DNA from: Xanthobacteraceae bacterium
Lineage (GTDB): Bacteria; Pseudomonadota; Alphaproteobacteria; Rhizobiales; Xanthobacteraceae
Direction of reading: 5' to 3'
Assembly (NCBI GenBank): GCA_019746135.1
Contig: JAIESI010000011.1
Location: 604-64,603 of the forward strand
DNA length: 64,000 nt
Shown here: piece after piece, positions 19,096-29,502 of the stretch
Position numbering within the stretch: position 1 is the first letter of the stretch
How the letters are laid out: each line of letters opens with the position of its first letter
Notes under the pieces: model-generated
Database searches by the model: none
What the model was told of the DNA's origin: nothing
Seen by the model: the letters and a program-made list of their open reading frames with translations, nothing else
Translations under genes and position numbers: made by a program

Positions 19096-19821
19096 AATGA
19101 CCGCCTGATTTCGATGGAGTTTGTGTTTGCCGGGTCAGACCTTCGCACTCAAATGTTCATCGGCCCTCATGAGCAGGCCATTGACGACCGCAGCGCGGCA
19201 TAACCCACGATATCTAGCATTTCCGCGCGCGTTCGCAATGCCGGTTCCGGGTCCGGGGCACTGGCGGGGGACGGCCTGACCACACCCGTTTGGCGTGCAA
19301 TGCGGCATGTCAGCCATGATCGGTCATCCGTCTGATCGGATTGGGATTATCGGCCAAGGTCATCGACATCGGCGGCCGATTGTGTGACATAGCCGCGGCG
19401 GCCGTTCGGGGGTGGCCAGGCAGATCGCTCGGCGGGGGGTGATAAGGGCTCCCACATCTTCGGAATTTGACGTTATGGCCCAATATCTTCGCTTGATTCG
19501 GCCAGGCCGTTCGCCGGCCCACGCCTCGGGTGTGCGGCTTGCGGCTTTCACACCATTGCGCTCCGTGGGAATGCGGTGCGGGTATTGCCCGGGCACGGCA
19601 GTTGCTTCGCCGACCGCAAGATTTGCTTGCATGATCACATGATATTGACGCGCGTTTCTTGGCCGCAGAAACGACGATGAAACATAAGGAACCCACTTTG
19701 GATTTGTTGGATTTCCGGAAATGAGAAGGTCGGTACGCAATCGCGCAGAGGAGGAGGGCCGGTCGGCCGAAGCCAACGCGCGCCGATGCGAAGGGCCTCA
19801 ACGGCAGGGCGCGTTCGCTCC

Positions 19822-22476
19822 ATGCTGATATCCGCGGTCAGCAGGCTCGTCCGGTTGTGCAGCCACCACGCCTGGGTGGTGGCGATTGCGGCCGCGTTGA
19901 TCACCGTGGCCTCGGCCATTTACGCCGCCTCGCACTTTGCGATCACCACCGACATCAACAAGCTGCTGTCGTCCGATCTCGGCTGGCGCCAGCGCGAACA
20001 CGCGTTCGAGACCGCGTTTCCCGGTTCGGTCTCCTCGATCCTGATCGTGGTCGACGCGCCGACCTCGGAGCTTGCCAGCGAGGCGGCGTCATTGCTGGCG
20101 GGCAGGCTCGCAAAAGACACCAAGAATTTTACCGAAGTCCGGCCGCTCGACGGCGATCCGTTCTTCAAGAGAAACGGCCTCCTGTTTCAGCCCACCGATG
20201 AGCTGGCGCGCACGACACGCGGGCTTGGGCAGGCGGGTCCGATCATCGGGGCGCTGGCCGGCGATCCGTCGCTGCGCGGGCTGACGCGCGGGCTGTCGTT
20301 CGGGCTGCTCGGCGTGCAGGCCGGCGCCGCCAAGCTTGACGACATGCAGCGGCCGCTCTCGATGGCCGCGGACACGGTCGAGCAGGTGCTGAACGGCCAG
20401 CCGGCGAGCTTTTCCTGGCATGTGCTGCTCAGCGGGCAGCAGCCCAAGCCCAAGGATCTGCGCCGCCTGATCGAGACGCGGCCGGTGCTCGACTTCACCG
20501 CGTTGGAGCCCGGCCGGGCCGCGACCGAGGCCATTCGCACCGCAGCCTTCGATCTCAACCTGGAGCGGGACTATCGCGCGCGTGTGCGGCTCACCGGGCC
20601 GGTGGCGATGGCCGACGACGAGTTCGGCACGGTGCAGGAGGGCGCGCTGGTGAACGCCCTCGCCACCGTGGCCGTGGTGCTGCTGATCCTGTGGTTTGCG
20701 TTGCGCTCGGGGCGGATCATTCTTGCGGTGTTTCTCAATCTGGTCGTCGGCCTCGCCGTGACGGCGGCCGCCGGCCTGATGATGGTCGGCGCGCTCAATC
20801 TTATTTCGGTGGCGTTTGCCGTGCTGTTTGTCGGTCTCGGCGTCGATTTCGGCATTCAATTCGCGGTGCGCTACCGCTCGGAGCGGCACGAGAACGGCGA
20901 TCTGCAGGCGGCGCTCGCGGGCACCGCGGAGAGAATCGGCGCGCCGCTGACGCTTGCGGCGACGGCCGTCGCCGCGGGCTTCCTGTCGTTCGTTCCCACC
21001 GATTACAAGGGTGTCTCCGAGCTCGGCCAGGTCGCCGGCCTCGGCATGCTGATCGCCTATTTCACCAGCGTCACCGTGCTGCCCGCGCTGCTGACGCTCA
21101 TCAAGCCGCCGGGAGAGCCCGAGGAGATCGGCTATCGCGCGCTCGCACCGGTCGACCGCTTTCTGGAAAAGCACCGCATCGCGGTGGTCGGCGGCACCGG
21201 CCTTGTCGCGGTCGCGGGCCTGCCGCTGCTGTTCTACCTGACCTTCGACTTCAACCCGGTCAACCTGCGCAGTCCCAAGGTCGAGTCGGTTGCGACGTTC
21301 CTCGATCTTCGCAACGATCCGACGTTGGGCGTGAATTCGATCAGCGTGATGCTGCCGAACACCAACGACATCGACAAGGTTGCGGATCAGCTCCGCAAGA
21401 TTCCCGAGGTCGATCATGTCGGCTCGGTGAAGGACCTGGTGCCGGCCGATCAGGAGCGCAAGCTCGCGCTGATCCGCGGCCTGTCGCGGCAGTTGCAGCA
21501 GAGCCTTGCAGCGGAGGCCGGCGCGCGCGGTCCGCAGGACGAGCAGAACATCGCGGCGTTGCGCGGGGTGGCCGATACGCTGACGCGGCTTGCCGCCTCG
21601 GCGAGCGGGCGCGGTGCGGATGAGGCGAACCGCCTGGCGCGCGGCCTGACGCGGCTCGCGCAGGCGAGCAAGGCGCAACGCGATGCGGCGGAAACCGCCT
21701 TCGTCGTGCCGCTGCGGATCGCTCTCGGCCAGCTGCGCGACTTTCTCAAGGCCGAGCCGGTGTCGATTCAAAGTCTTCCCGAAAGCGTGCTGCGGCAGTG
21801 GGTGACGAAGGACGGCCGCACCCATGTGCAGGCCTCGCCCAAGGGCGATCCCAACGACAACGAGACGCTGCGGTCCTTCGCCCGTGCCATCCAGGCGCAA
21901 TTCCCGGATGCGGTCGGGACCCCGGTGTCGATCCTGGAGTCGGGCCGCACCATCGTGAACGCGTTCATTCTGGCCGGCATCTACGCGCTGGTCTCGATCG
22001 CGATCCTGCTCTGGATCGTGCTCAAGCGCTTCGGCGACGTGCTGCTGACGTTGATTCCGCTGTTGGTCGCCGGCCTCATCACCCTCGAAATCTGCGTGCT
22101 GATCGGCATGCCGCTCAACTTCGCCAACATCATCGCGCTGCCGCTGCTGCTCGGGGTCGGCGTCGCCTTCAAGATCTACTACATCATGGCGTGGCGGGCC
22201 GGGCAGACCGACCTGTTACAATCCAGCCTGACCCGCGCCGTGGTCTGGAGCGCGCTCACCACCGCGACCGCCTTCGGCAGCCTTTGGCTGTCGAGCCATC
22301 CCGGCACCTCCAGCATGGGCAAGCTCCTCGCTCTGTCGCTGGTCACCACCATGTTTGCCGCGGTGCTCTTCCAGCCGGCGCTGATGGGCAAGCCTCGCAC
22401 GATCGAGGGAGCCGAACCGGCCAAGCCTGAAGCGAACGACGGCGACGCGGGCGACCCTCAGCCGGCAAAGCCTTGA
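19822..22476 (+). CDS. hpnN: Hopanoid transporter, MMPL/RND family
   Basis: AFAVLFVGLGVDFGIQF, NFANIIALPLLLGVGVAFKIYY, SSHPGTSSMG; divergent from hpnH. Confidence 0.93.
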   Translation: MLISAVSRLVRLCSHHAWVVAIAAALITVASAIYAASHFAITTDINKLLSSDLGWRQREHAFETAFPGSVSSILIVVDAPTSELASEAASLLAGRLAKDTKNFTEVRPLDGDPFFKRNGLLFQPTDELARTTRGLGQAGPIIGALAGDPSLRGLTRGLSFGLLGVQAGAAKLDDMQRPLSMAADTVEQVLNGQPASFSWHVLLSGQQPKPKDLRRLIETRPVLDFTALEPGRAATEAIRTAAFDLNLERDYRARVRLTGPVAMADDEFGTVQEGALVNALATVAVVLLILWFALRSGRIILAVFLNLVVGLAVTAAAGLMMVGALNLISVAFAVLFVGLGVDFGIQFAVRYRSERHENGDLQAALAGTAERIGAPLTLAATAVAAGFLSFVPTDYKGVSELGQVAGLGMLIAYFTSVTVLPALLTLIKPPGEPEEIGYRALAPVDRFLEKHRIAVVGGTGLVAVAGLPLLFYLTFDFNPVNLRSPKVESVATFLDLRNDPTLGVNSISVMLPNTNDIDKVADQLRKIPEVDHVGSVKDLVPADQERKLALIRGLSRQLQQSLAAEAGARGPQDEQNIAALRGVADTLTRLAASASGRGADEANRLARGLTRLAQASKAQRDAAETAFVVPLRIALGQLRDFLKAEPVSIQSLPESVLRQWVTKDGRTHVQASPKGDPNDNETLRSFARAIQAQFPDAVGTPVSILESGRTIVNAFILAGIYALVSIAILLWIVLKRFGDVLLTLIPLLVAGLITLEICVLIGMPLNFANIIALPLLLGVGVAFKIYYIMAWRAGQTDLLQSSLTRAVVWSALTTATAFGSLWLSSHPGTSSMGKLLALSLVTTMFAAVLFQPALMGKPRTIEGAEPAKPEANDGDAGDPQPAKP

Positions 22477-22731
22477 ACCCACTTGCAGATATCCGCGACC
22501 AATGCGGACAGCGGTGCTCTATCATCGTTCGGCTGCTCAGGGGTGGCACCGCAAGGGTGGGGCATCGGCGGGTAACTTAGGTAACGATTTTTGGAACTTT
22601 TGCGCCTAAATTAGATTGGTCAATTTCGAGCATGGCGGGGCTCGTCGAGATAATTGGATTTTGCTGCGGGTCGGATTCCGCGGCAGTTGGGCTGGGAATG
22701 CCGTTTTTGCGGCGGCATTGGTGCTGAGCAA

Positions 22732-23397
22732 ATGAATCCTTCTGACACCGATTTGAAAATGATGCGCCGATGCGTTGCGCTGTCGGCCGAAGCCGTTCGG
22801 GCCCACGAGCTGCCGTTCGCCTGCGTGATCTGCAAGGACGGCGAGGTCGTGGTGGAGACGACCAACCGGGTGAGCCGCGACGCCGACGTCACGCGCCATG
22901 CCGAGATCATCGCGATCTCCGAGGCGCAGCGCGTTCTCGGCCGCAGGGACCTGTCCGACTGCACGCTTTATTCCAACGTTGAGCCGTGCCCGATGTGCTC
23001 GTTTCCGATCCGCGAGACGCGCATCGGCCGCGTGGTCTATTCGATCAGTTCGCCGATGATGGGCGGATTCTCGAAATGGGACGTGCTGAGCGACCGCGAG
23101 ATTTCCGACGTGATGCCGCAGGTGTTCGGCCGGGCTCCCGACATTTCCGCGGGCCTGATGTATCGCGACGCCGCGGCGGTGTGGCGGAGCTGGAATCCGC
23201 TGTTCTGGTTCGGCATCCGCCTGCGCGGTTGCCTTGCCGAATCCAACAACGATGCGATGGCGGCGCTGCAGACCCGGCCCGAGCGGAAAAATCCGCTGAA
23301 GCGGCTGGCGGCGCTTCTGCTGCAGCTGTTGCCCGGAAAGCGTGCCGAGCCGGCGCCGGTCGCGGCGCGACAGCCCCAGGCCAAAGTCGCCGGCTGA
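22732..23397 (+). CDS. Zn-dependent nucleoside/nucleobase deaminase
   Basis: HAE and EPCPMC motifs. Confidence 0.88.
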   Translation: MNPSDTDLKMMRRCVALSAEAVRAHELPFACVICKDGEVVVETTNRVSRDADVTRHAEIIAISEAQRVLGRRDLSDCTLYSNVEPCPMCSFPIRETRIGRVVYSISSPMMGGFSKWDVLSDREISDVMPQVFGRAPDISAGLMYRDAAAVWRSWNPLFWFGIRLRGCLAESNNDAMAALQTRPERKNPLKRLAALLLQLLPGKRAEPAPVAARQPQAKVAG

Positions 23398-23406
23398 TAG
23401 GCCTCG

Positions 23407-23838
23407 CTACCTGACCGCGTCGGCGCCCGCCTGGGCGACCTGCGCGTCCTGATGCGATTGCACGCCCGACACCCCGATCGCGCCGATAATGGTGCCGCCC
23501 GACACGATCGGCACGCCGCCTTCGGCGACGCTCGCCCCGAATGTCAGCACGCGCAGGCCTACGCCGCCGCCCGCGACCGCGTCCTCGAACACCTTCGTCG
23601 GCCGGCGGAATTCGGCAGCGGTCTTGGCCTTGGCTTCGGCAATGCGGACCGAGGACAGCTGTGCGTTGTCGAGGCGGTGCAGCATGACGAGGTTTGCGCC
23701 GGAATCGACAATGGCGATGGCGACGCCCCAGCCGTTTCTCGCGGCTTCGGCCTCCGCCGCGGCCATCGCCTTCTTGGCGGCATCGAGCGAGATCGGCGCG
23801 CCGTAGGGCGTGCTGGGCGGGGCGACTTGCTGGGCCAT
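23407..23838 (-). CDS. GlcG/HbpS-family heme-binding protein
   Basis: IAIVDSGANL, AEAKAKTA, GGVPI, GAIGVSG..SHQD. Confidence 0.9.
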   Translation of the reverse strand: MAQQVAPPSTPYGAPISLDAAKKAMAAAEAEAARNGWGVAIAIVDSGANLVMLHRLDNAQLSSVRIAEAKAKTAAEFRRPTKVFEDAVAGGGVGLRVLTFGASVAEGGVPIVSGGTIIGAIGVSGVQSHQDAQVAQAGADAVR

Positions 23839-23860
23839 GCGGGACTCTCTTCCTTGTTTG

Positions 23861-24772
23861 TCAGGCGGCTGCGGCCTTGAAGCGTGGGCCGAGCACGGTG
23901 GCCTTCAGCGTCGCTTCCAGCGCGGTGATTTCGTCGCGTGTCAGCGGCGAATAGGGCGGATAGGGGTCGCCCGCGGGAATCCCGATCAGGTTCATCGCGG
24001 CTTTCATCGCCGGCGCGAGTCCCCGGTGCATCCATTTCGAGGGGAACAATGCGAACTGAAGCTGGATTTCGGCGGCGCGCTCGTGGTCCTTCGCGACAAA
24101 CGCATCGATCACGGCGCGCGCGATCTCCGAGCCGGGCGGCGGCATGGTGGCGCCGGAGCCGCCGAGCTGCAGCGTCGCCAGCAGCATCTGCATGGTGGTG
24201 AAATAGCGCGCGTGACCGGCGCGGTCGATCTCGACGATCAGCCGCGAGACGCGGGCGAGGTCGCGCGAGCTTTCCTTGATCAGTTGCACCTGCGGCAGCT
24301 TGGCGAGCGCAATGGTGTCGGCAATGGAGACGTCGGCGCCCGGGCCGGGGTTGAGGTAGAGCGTGATCGGCAATTTGCTCTCGCGGCCGATGGCTTCGAA
24401 ATAGGCAAGGAGGTCGGCTTGCGTCGGCGGGCCGGCAAAGGGTCGCAGCGGCGCGAGCAACTGCACCGCCGCGGCGCCGAGCCGCTCGGCTTCGTGCGCC
24501 AGCGCCACCGCCGTCTTGAACGAGGGATGCGAGATGCCGACCATCACCGGGACGCGGCCGGCGGTCAGCTCGACGGTGCGGCGGATCAGGTCCTTGCGCT
24601 GCTCGAGGTTCAGGTAAGTGTATTCCTGCGTCTCCACGCCGGCCGCGACGATCATGGTCGCGCGGCAGTCCTTGATGACGTAGTCGATCTGGCGCGCGAG
24701 CGCGCCCTCGTCGACCTGAAGGTCTGCGGTGAACGGCGTGAGCGGCGCGACAATCAGTCCCGGCACAGGCAT
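23861..24772 (-). CDS. DapA/N-acetylneuraminate lyase family class I aldolase
   Basis: APLTPF, GRVPVMVG, LYLNP, IKESS Schiff-base Lys; GGAGA RBS before ATG 24772. Confidence 0.88.
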   Translation of the reverse strand: MPVPGLIVAPLTPFTADLQVDEGALARQIDYVIKDCRATMIVAAGVETQEYTYLNLEQRKDLIRRTVELTAGRVPVMVGISHPSFKTAVALAHEAERLGAAAVQLLAPLRPFAGPPTQADLLAYFEAIGRESKLPITLYLNPGPGADVSIADTIALAKLPQVQLIKESSRDLARVSRLIVEIDRAGHARYFTTMQMLLATLQLGGSGATMPPPGSEIARAVIDAFVAKDHERAAEIQLQFALFPSKWMHRGLAPAMKAAMNLIGIPAGDPYPPYSPLTRDEITALEATLKATVLGPRFKAAAA

Positions 24773-24899
24773 GGCTTTCTCCTGCTCAACCGGGCTCGAG
24801 CTTAGCGCGGCAACACGGCCATGCGAAATGGCCGTCGATGCATTCGGCGGACATCTGCTATCGTTTCCGCGCAGTGATCGATCGTAGCGCGGGGCACCA

Positions 24900-26369
24900 A
24901 TGCTGCTGACCGGCAAGGAATATCTCGAAAGCATCCGCGACGGGCGCAGGGTCTATGTCGGCCGCGAGCGGGTCGAGGACGTGACGATGCATCCGGCGTT
25001 CCGCAACGCCGCGCAGTCCTTCGCCATGATCTATGACAGAAAGCGCGCGCCGGAGAACCGCGACGTCATGACCGCGGAGCAGGACGGCGAGACCTTCTCC
25101 AGCTACTTCCTCCTGCCGCGCAGCCGCGAGGACCTGCACAAGCGATTCGAGACGCACCGGCGCATCGCCTCGTGGACGCACGGCCTGCTCGGCCGCTCGC
25201 CCGACAACTTCCCGAGCTATGTCAGCGGCCTGGTGATGGACCCGGCGATGTTCGACGGCATCCGCCAGGGCTTCGGCGACAACATCCAGAAATACTATCG
25301 GCACATGCGGGGAAACGACATCTTCGCCTCGCACACCGTGACCAACCCGCAGGGCTGGCGGCCTCCCAATCCGAAGGACACCGAAAAGCGTACGCCGCCG
25401 ACCCTGCGGGTGGTGGACGAGGACGACGCGGGCGTCACCATCAACGGGCTGAAGATGCTCGGCACCGCGACGGCGTTTTGTCACGAGACGTGGTGCGGCA
25501 ACCTGCAGCCGGTTGCGCCGGGTGCGGAGAAGGAGTCGATCACCTGCGCCGTGCCGCTCAACGCGCCGGGCGTCAGCATCTGGTCGCGCAGGCCTTACGA
25601 GAAATATGCGGTGAGCGAGTTCGACAATCCGCTCGCCTCGCGGTTCGACGAGAACGACGCCGCGGTGCTGTTCGAGAATGTGCGCGTGCCGTGGGAGCGG
25701 GTGTTCTGCCATGACAACGTGGAGATGACGCGCGCGATCTACATGCGCACGCCCGGCCATGCGATGGCGAACCATCAGGCCAATGTGCGGTTTCTCGAAA
25801 AGCTCAAGCTGATCGTCGGCATCGCCGGCTTGGTCGCCGACATGAACGGCGCCCGCTCGGTGCCGGCGGTGCAGTTCACGCTCGGGCGGCTCGCGGCGAT
25901 GGAGGCGACGCTCGAAGGCCTGATCATGGGCCAGATCAACGCCGGCGAGGCCCATCCCAACGGTTATCACACCGTCAACCGCCGTTATGTCTACGCGGCG
26001 CTGCACTGGTGCACCAATCATCACGCCGAGATCTGCGACACCGTGCGCGAGCTGATGGGCGCGGGCGTGTTCCAGATGCCCGCCGATGCCTCGGTGCTCC
26101 AAGACGAGAAGTTGCGAGCGCTGTTCGAAACCTACTGGTCCGTGCCCGGCCAGCAGGCGCAGGACCGCATGAAGCTGCTCAATCTCGCCTGGGACCTGCT
26201 CGGTTCCGACTTTGCCGGGCGGCACATGCAGTACGAGAAGTTTTATGCCGGGCCGGGCTTCGTGATGAATAGCTACAGTTATCTCACCGGGCCGTGGGCC
26301 GAGTGGGAAGCGCAGGTGGACGAGTTGCTCGCGAGCTATCATGCACCCGGCGCGAGGCCTGGAACGTAG
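24900..26369 (+). CDS. 4-hydroxyphenylacetate 3-hydroxylase family flavin monooxygenase (oxygenase component)
   Basis: TGKEYLESIRDGR, GRSPD, PLASRFDEND, VPWERVF, GRHMQYEKFYAG. Confidence 0.92.
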   Translation: MLLTGKEYLESIRDGRRVYVGRERVEDVTMHPAFRNAAQSFAMIYDRKRAPENRDVMTAEQDGETFSSYFLLPRSREDLHKRFETHRRIASWTHGLLGRSPDNFPSYVSGLVMDPAMFDGIRQGFGDNIQKYYRHMRGNDIFASHTVTNPQGWRPPNPKDTEKRTPPTLRVVDEDDAGVTINGLKMLGTATAFCHETWCGNLQPVAPGAEKESITCAVPLNAPGVSIWSRRPYEKYAVSEFDNPLASRFDENDAAVLFENVRVPWERVFCHDNVEMTRAIYMRTPGHAMANHQANVRFLEKLKLIVGIAGLVADMNGARSVPAVQFTLGRLAAMEATLEGLIMGQINAGEAHPNGYHTVNRRYVYAALHWCTNHHAEICDTVRELMGAGVFQMPADASVLQDEKLRALFETYWSVPGQQAQDRMKLLNLAWDLLGSDFAGRHMQYEKFYAGPGFVMNSYSYLTGPWAEWEAQVDELLASYHAPGARPGT

Positions 26370-26538
26370 CCTGCAATCCTGCGGCGACATGGCCGCCTTG
26401 CGTCCGCTCCCGGGTACTGGTCAGGGTTTCGGCCCTATGCCATGCTTTTGCGGCTGCGGCACCGGACGATAACAACGTCATAACAACGTCCAGGTCCGCC
26501 GCATCGGCGCTGTCGCGCTGCGAAGGGGAGGATCCGAG

Positions 26539-27564
26539 ATGCGTGTCACGCGAGGTATTTTTCTTTCTGCGATCGGCGCCGTACTTGCGGCCGGAGCGAT
26601 CGCGGCTTCGGTATCGTCCGCACAGGCGCAAGCCGACAAGACCTTCGTCATGAAGCTCGGTGTCGCCACGATCAACGACACCCAGCACGAGTGGCTGAAG
26701 CGGTTCGTCGCGGCGGTCGAGAAGGATTCGAACGGCCGAATCAAGGGCGAGATCTATCCGGCGAGTCAGCTCGGGCCGATTCCGCGCATGATCGAAGGCG
26801 TGCAGTTCGGCTCGATCCAGGGCTGGATCGGCCCGCCCGAATTCCTGGTCGGCGTCGATGTGCGCTACGAGGCGTTGAGCGCGCCGGGCCTGATGAACGA
26901 CTTCGACCAGATGGTGAAGGTGCTTTACGCCCCCGAAGTTGAGAAGTTCATGTTCGGCCTCGGCGAGAACAAGGGCCTGGAAGGCGTCGGCTTCGCGCCG
27001 ATCGGCCCCTCGACCATCATCACCAAGAAAGAGGTCAAGAAGCTCGCCGACCTCAAGGGCATGAAGATCCGCGTGCTGGCCTCGCCTTTCCAGCTCGAGC
27101 TCATCCGGCGGATGGACGCAAATCCGGTCGCCATGACGCTGGCCGATGTGTTGCCGGGCATCCAGCAGGGCACCATCGACGGGTCGCTCTCCACCTTGAC
27201 CGTCTATACGACGATGCAGTTCCAGGACGCCGCGAAGTACGTGCTGGAAAACGACCAGCCCTACATCAACTCGATCGTGGTGATGAGCAAACGCTGGCTC
27301 GCAACGCTGCCGCCGGACCTGCAGAAGGTCGTGCGTGACAACGGCCGCAAGGCCTCCAAGGAGGTGATCCCGTGGGTCAAGACCTTCTTCGCCGACCAGT
27401 ATGATGTCTGGAAGAAGAGGGGCGGCGTCCTGAACAGACTCCCGGCCGACGAGCAAGCGGCCATGATTAAGAAAGTCAGCACGATCGGTGAGGACCTGTC
27501 GAAGGACAAGCCGGAGCTGAACAAGGCCGTCAAGATGATGTTCGAGGTGGCCAACAAGAAGTGA
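26539..27564 (+). CDS. TRAP transporter solute-binding protein (DctP family)
   Basis: Signal peptide; IYPASQLG, DLKGMKIRV, QQGTIDG. Confidence 0.92.
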   Translation: MRVTRGIFLSAIGAVLAAGAIAASVSSAQAQADKTFVMKLGVATINDTQHEWLKRFVAAVEKDSNGRIKGEIYPASQLGPIPRMIEGVQFGSIQGWIGPPEFLVGVDVRYEALSAPGLMNDFDQMVKVLYAPEVEKFMFGLGENKGLEGVGFAPIGPSTIITKKEVKKLADLKGMKIRVLASPFQLELIRRMDANPVAMTLADVLPGIQQGTIDGSLSTLTVYTTMQFQDAAKYVLENDQPYINSIVVMSKRWLATLPPDLQKVVRDNGRKASKEVIPWVKTFFADQYDVWKKRGGVLNRLPADEQAAMIKKVSTIGEDLSKDKPELNKAVKMMFEVANKK

Positions 27565-27674
27565 CCTTGCGCCCGGCCGCCTGCGCCCGTTCGTCAACGG
27601 TGGCGGTCCGGCCGGGCGACTCAGCCGGGATGTCTGACACTCGACCAGGGGACCCGTTGCACGCGGGTTCGTGT

Positions 27675-28178
27675 ATGACCGATACAGTGCTGCAAGCGGT
27701 ACGCGGAGTGGTGTCCGCCCTGCGTGTCATTGCCGGAGCGCTGCTGATCCTCAGCGTGGCCCTGAACTTCGCCAATGTCGTCGGACGCTATTGCTTCGGG
27801 TTCTCCATCCACTGGGCCGAAGAGGTGATGCTGTTCCTGATGGTCGGCTGCGTGTTCCTGGGCAACGGGGTGGTCGCCTGGTCCGGTCGCCAGATCCGGA
27901 TGGACGTCGTCGTCGGCATGATGCCGGCGAAGCTGCGCGACGCGCTTTATCTGTTCTCCGAGCTGCTGTTCATCGCCGTCGCCGCGAGCATCGTGGCGTT
28001 CGCTTTGCCGGTGCTGCGCGATCTGTGGGCCTTCGACCAGCGCAGCCAGTCGGCCGAAGTTCCGGTGGTCTATCCGCAGGCGATGGTGCCGATCGGGCTT
28101 TCGCTCATGATCCTGCTCGTGCTGACGCGGCTGTTGACCGGCGGCGATCCGGCGCGGGCGAGCGACGCGGGCCATTAA
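27675..28178 (+). CDS. TRAP small permease (DctQ family)
   Basis: NVVGRY..WAEE, 4 TM segments; start uncertain (27630 possible). Confidence 0.88.
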   Translation: MTDTVLQAVRGVVSALRVIAGALLILSVALNFANVVGRYCFGFSIHWAEEVMLFLMVGCVFLGNGVVAWSGRQIRMDVVVGMMPAKLRDALYLFSELLFIAVAASIVAFALPVLRDLWAFDQRSQSAEVPVVYPQAMVPIGLSLMILLVLTRLLTGGDPARASDAGH

Positions 28179-28208
28179 ACGGCGGGATCGCGGGAACTGA
28201 CCAGCATC

Positions 28209-29483
28209 ATGGTAGCGGTTTTTGCCTACTTCGTTTTGCCCGCCATCCTGCTCGTGCTGGGCGTGCCGATCTTCCTGGTGCTGCTGGTCACGTGCCTGGC
28301 CGTCGTGCTGTTCGTCGCCGATGTCCCGACCGCGACGATGCACACTTTTCTGTTCAGTGGGCTCGACAACTTTCCGCTGCTGGCGGTGCCGTTCTTCGTG
28401 CTGGCCGGAGAAATCATGGCGCGGGGTGGCATCGCGCGGCGCGTCGTTGTCTGGGTGATGTCGCTGGTGGGCGGCGTGCGCGGTTCGCTCGCGGTGACCA
28501 CCGTTGCCGCCTCCGAGGTGTTCGGAGCGATGGCGCACACCGCGGTCGGCACCGTGGTGGCGATGGGCCGCATGCTCTATCCGTCACTGCGGGATAACGG
28601 CTACAGCGAGCGCTTCTCGCTGGGCCTCATCGCCTCGTCGGGCGCAATCGCGATCGTCATCCCGCCGTCGATCGCCATGATTCTGTATTCGCTGTCGGCG
28701 CAGCAATCCGCGGTTGCGCTGTTCACCGCCGGCATCCTGCCGAGCCTGCTGATCGGGTTGGTCGACGCTCTCTACGTGATGATCTATGCCCGCGTGAAGG
28801 CGGTGCCGCTCACGTCCAGGGCCCGCTGGGAGGCGATCTGGAGCTCGACCAAGGATGCGGCTTGGTCGATCAGCACGATCGTCGTGATCCTCGGCGGCAT
28901 TTACGGCGGTGTGTTCACGCCGACCGAGGCCGCCGGCGTCGCGGTGGTCTATTCGCTGTTCGTCACCATGGTGGTGCATCGCGAGGTCGGCCTGAAGGAG
29001 CTCTGGCAGATCATCCAGAGCGCGGTGTTCCTCAACGCGCAGATTCTCCTGATCGTGACCGCTGCGGGCCTGTATTCGTGGCTGCTGACCACCAGCGGCA
29101 TTCCGCAGCAGATCATCGCCGAGGTGAACGCGCTGCACCTGCCGCCCTGGGCGCTGCTGCTTTGCATCAACGTCCTTCTGCTCATCATGGGCAGCTTCCT
29201 CGAGCCGCCGGCCGCGATCCTGATCATGACGCCGCTGCTGCTGCCGGTGGTGCAGTTGGTCGGCGTCGATCCGGTGCATTTCGGCATCATCATGACCATC
29301 AATCTCAGCATCGGCATGTACACGCCGCCGTTCGGTCTCAACCTGTTTGCCACTCAGGCCGTTTTCCAGACTCCGCTCGGCAACATCTATCGCGGCGTGC
29401 TGCCGTTCCTGCTGATCAATTTCACCACCTTGATGGTGATCACCTACGTGCCGTCGATCTCGCTGGTGCTGCTTGGCAGGTAA
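28209..29483 (+). CDS. TRAP large permease (DctM family)
   Basis: LLAVPFFVLAGEIM, IPPSI, FTPTEAA, DPVHFG, TPPFG. Confidence 0.93.
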   Translation: MVAVFAYFVLPAILLVLGVPIFLVLLVTCLAVVLFVADVPTATMHTFLFSGLDNFPLLAVPFFVLAGEIMARGGIARRVVVWVMSLVGGVRGSLAVTTVAASEVFGAMAHTAVGTVVAMGRMLYPSLRDNGYSERFSLGLIASSGAIAIVIPPSIAMILYSLSAQQSAVALFTAGILPSLLIGLVDALYVMIYARVKAVPLTSRARWEAIWSSTKDAAWSISTIVVILGGIYGGVFTPTEAAGVAVVYSLFVTMVVHREVGLKELWQIIQSAVFLNAQILLIVTAAGLYSWLLTTSGIPQQIIAEVNALHLPPWALLLCINVLLLIMGSFLEPPAAILIMTPLLLPVVQLVGVDPVHFGIIMTINLSIGMYTPPFGLNLFATQAVFQTPLGNIYRGVLPFLLINFTTLMVITYVPSISLVLLGR

Positions 29484-29502
29484 CGCCCAAGGGAAGCCGG
29501 GG

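Noticed and set aside
19096-19821. Riboswitch, sRNA or small ORFs in the hpnH-hpnN spacer
   Set aside because: No recognisable RNA motif or convincing RBS-ORF by eye; needs a covariance search
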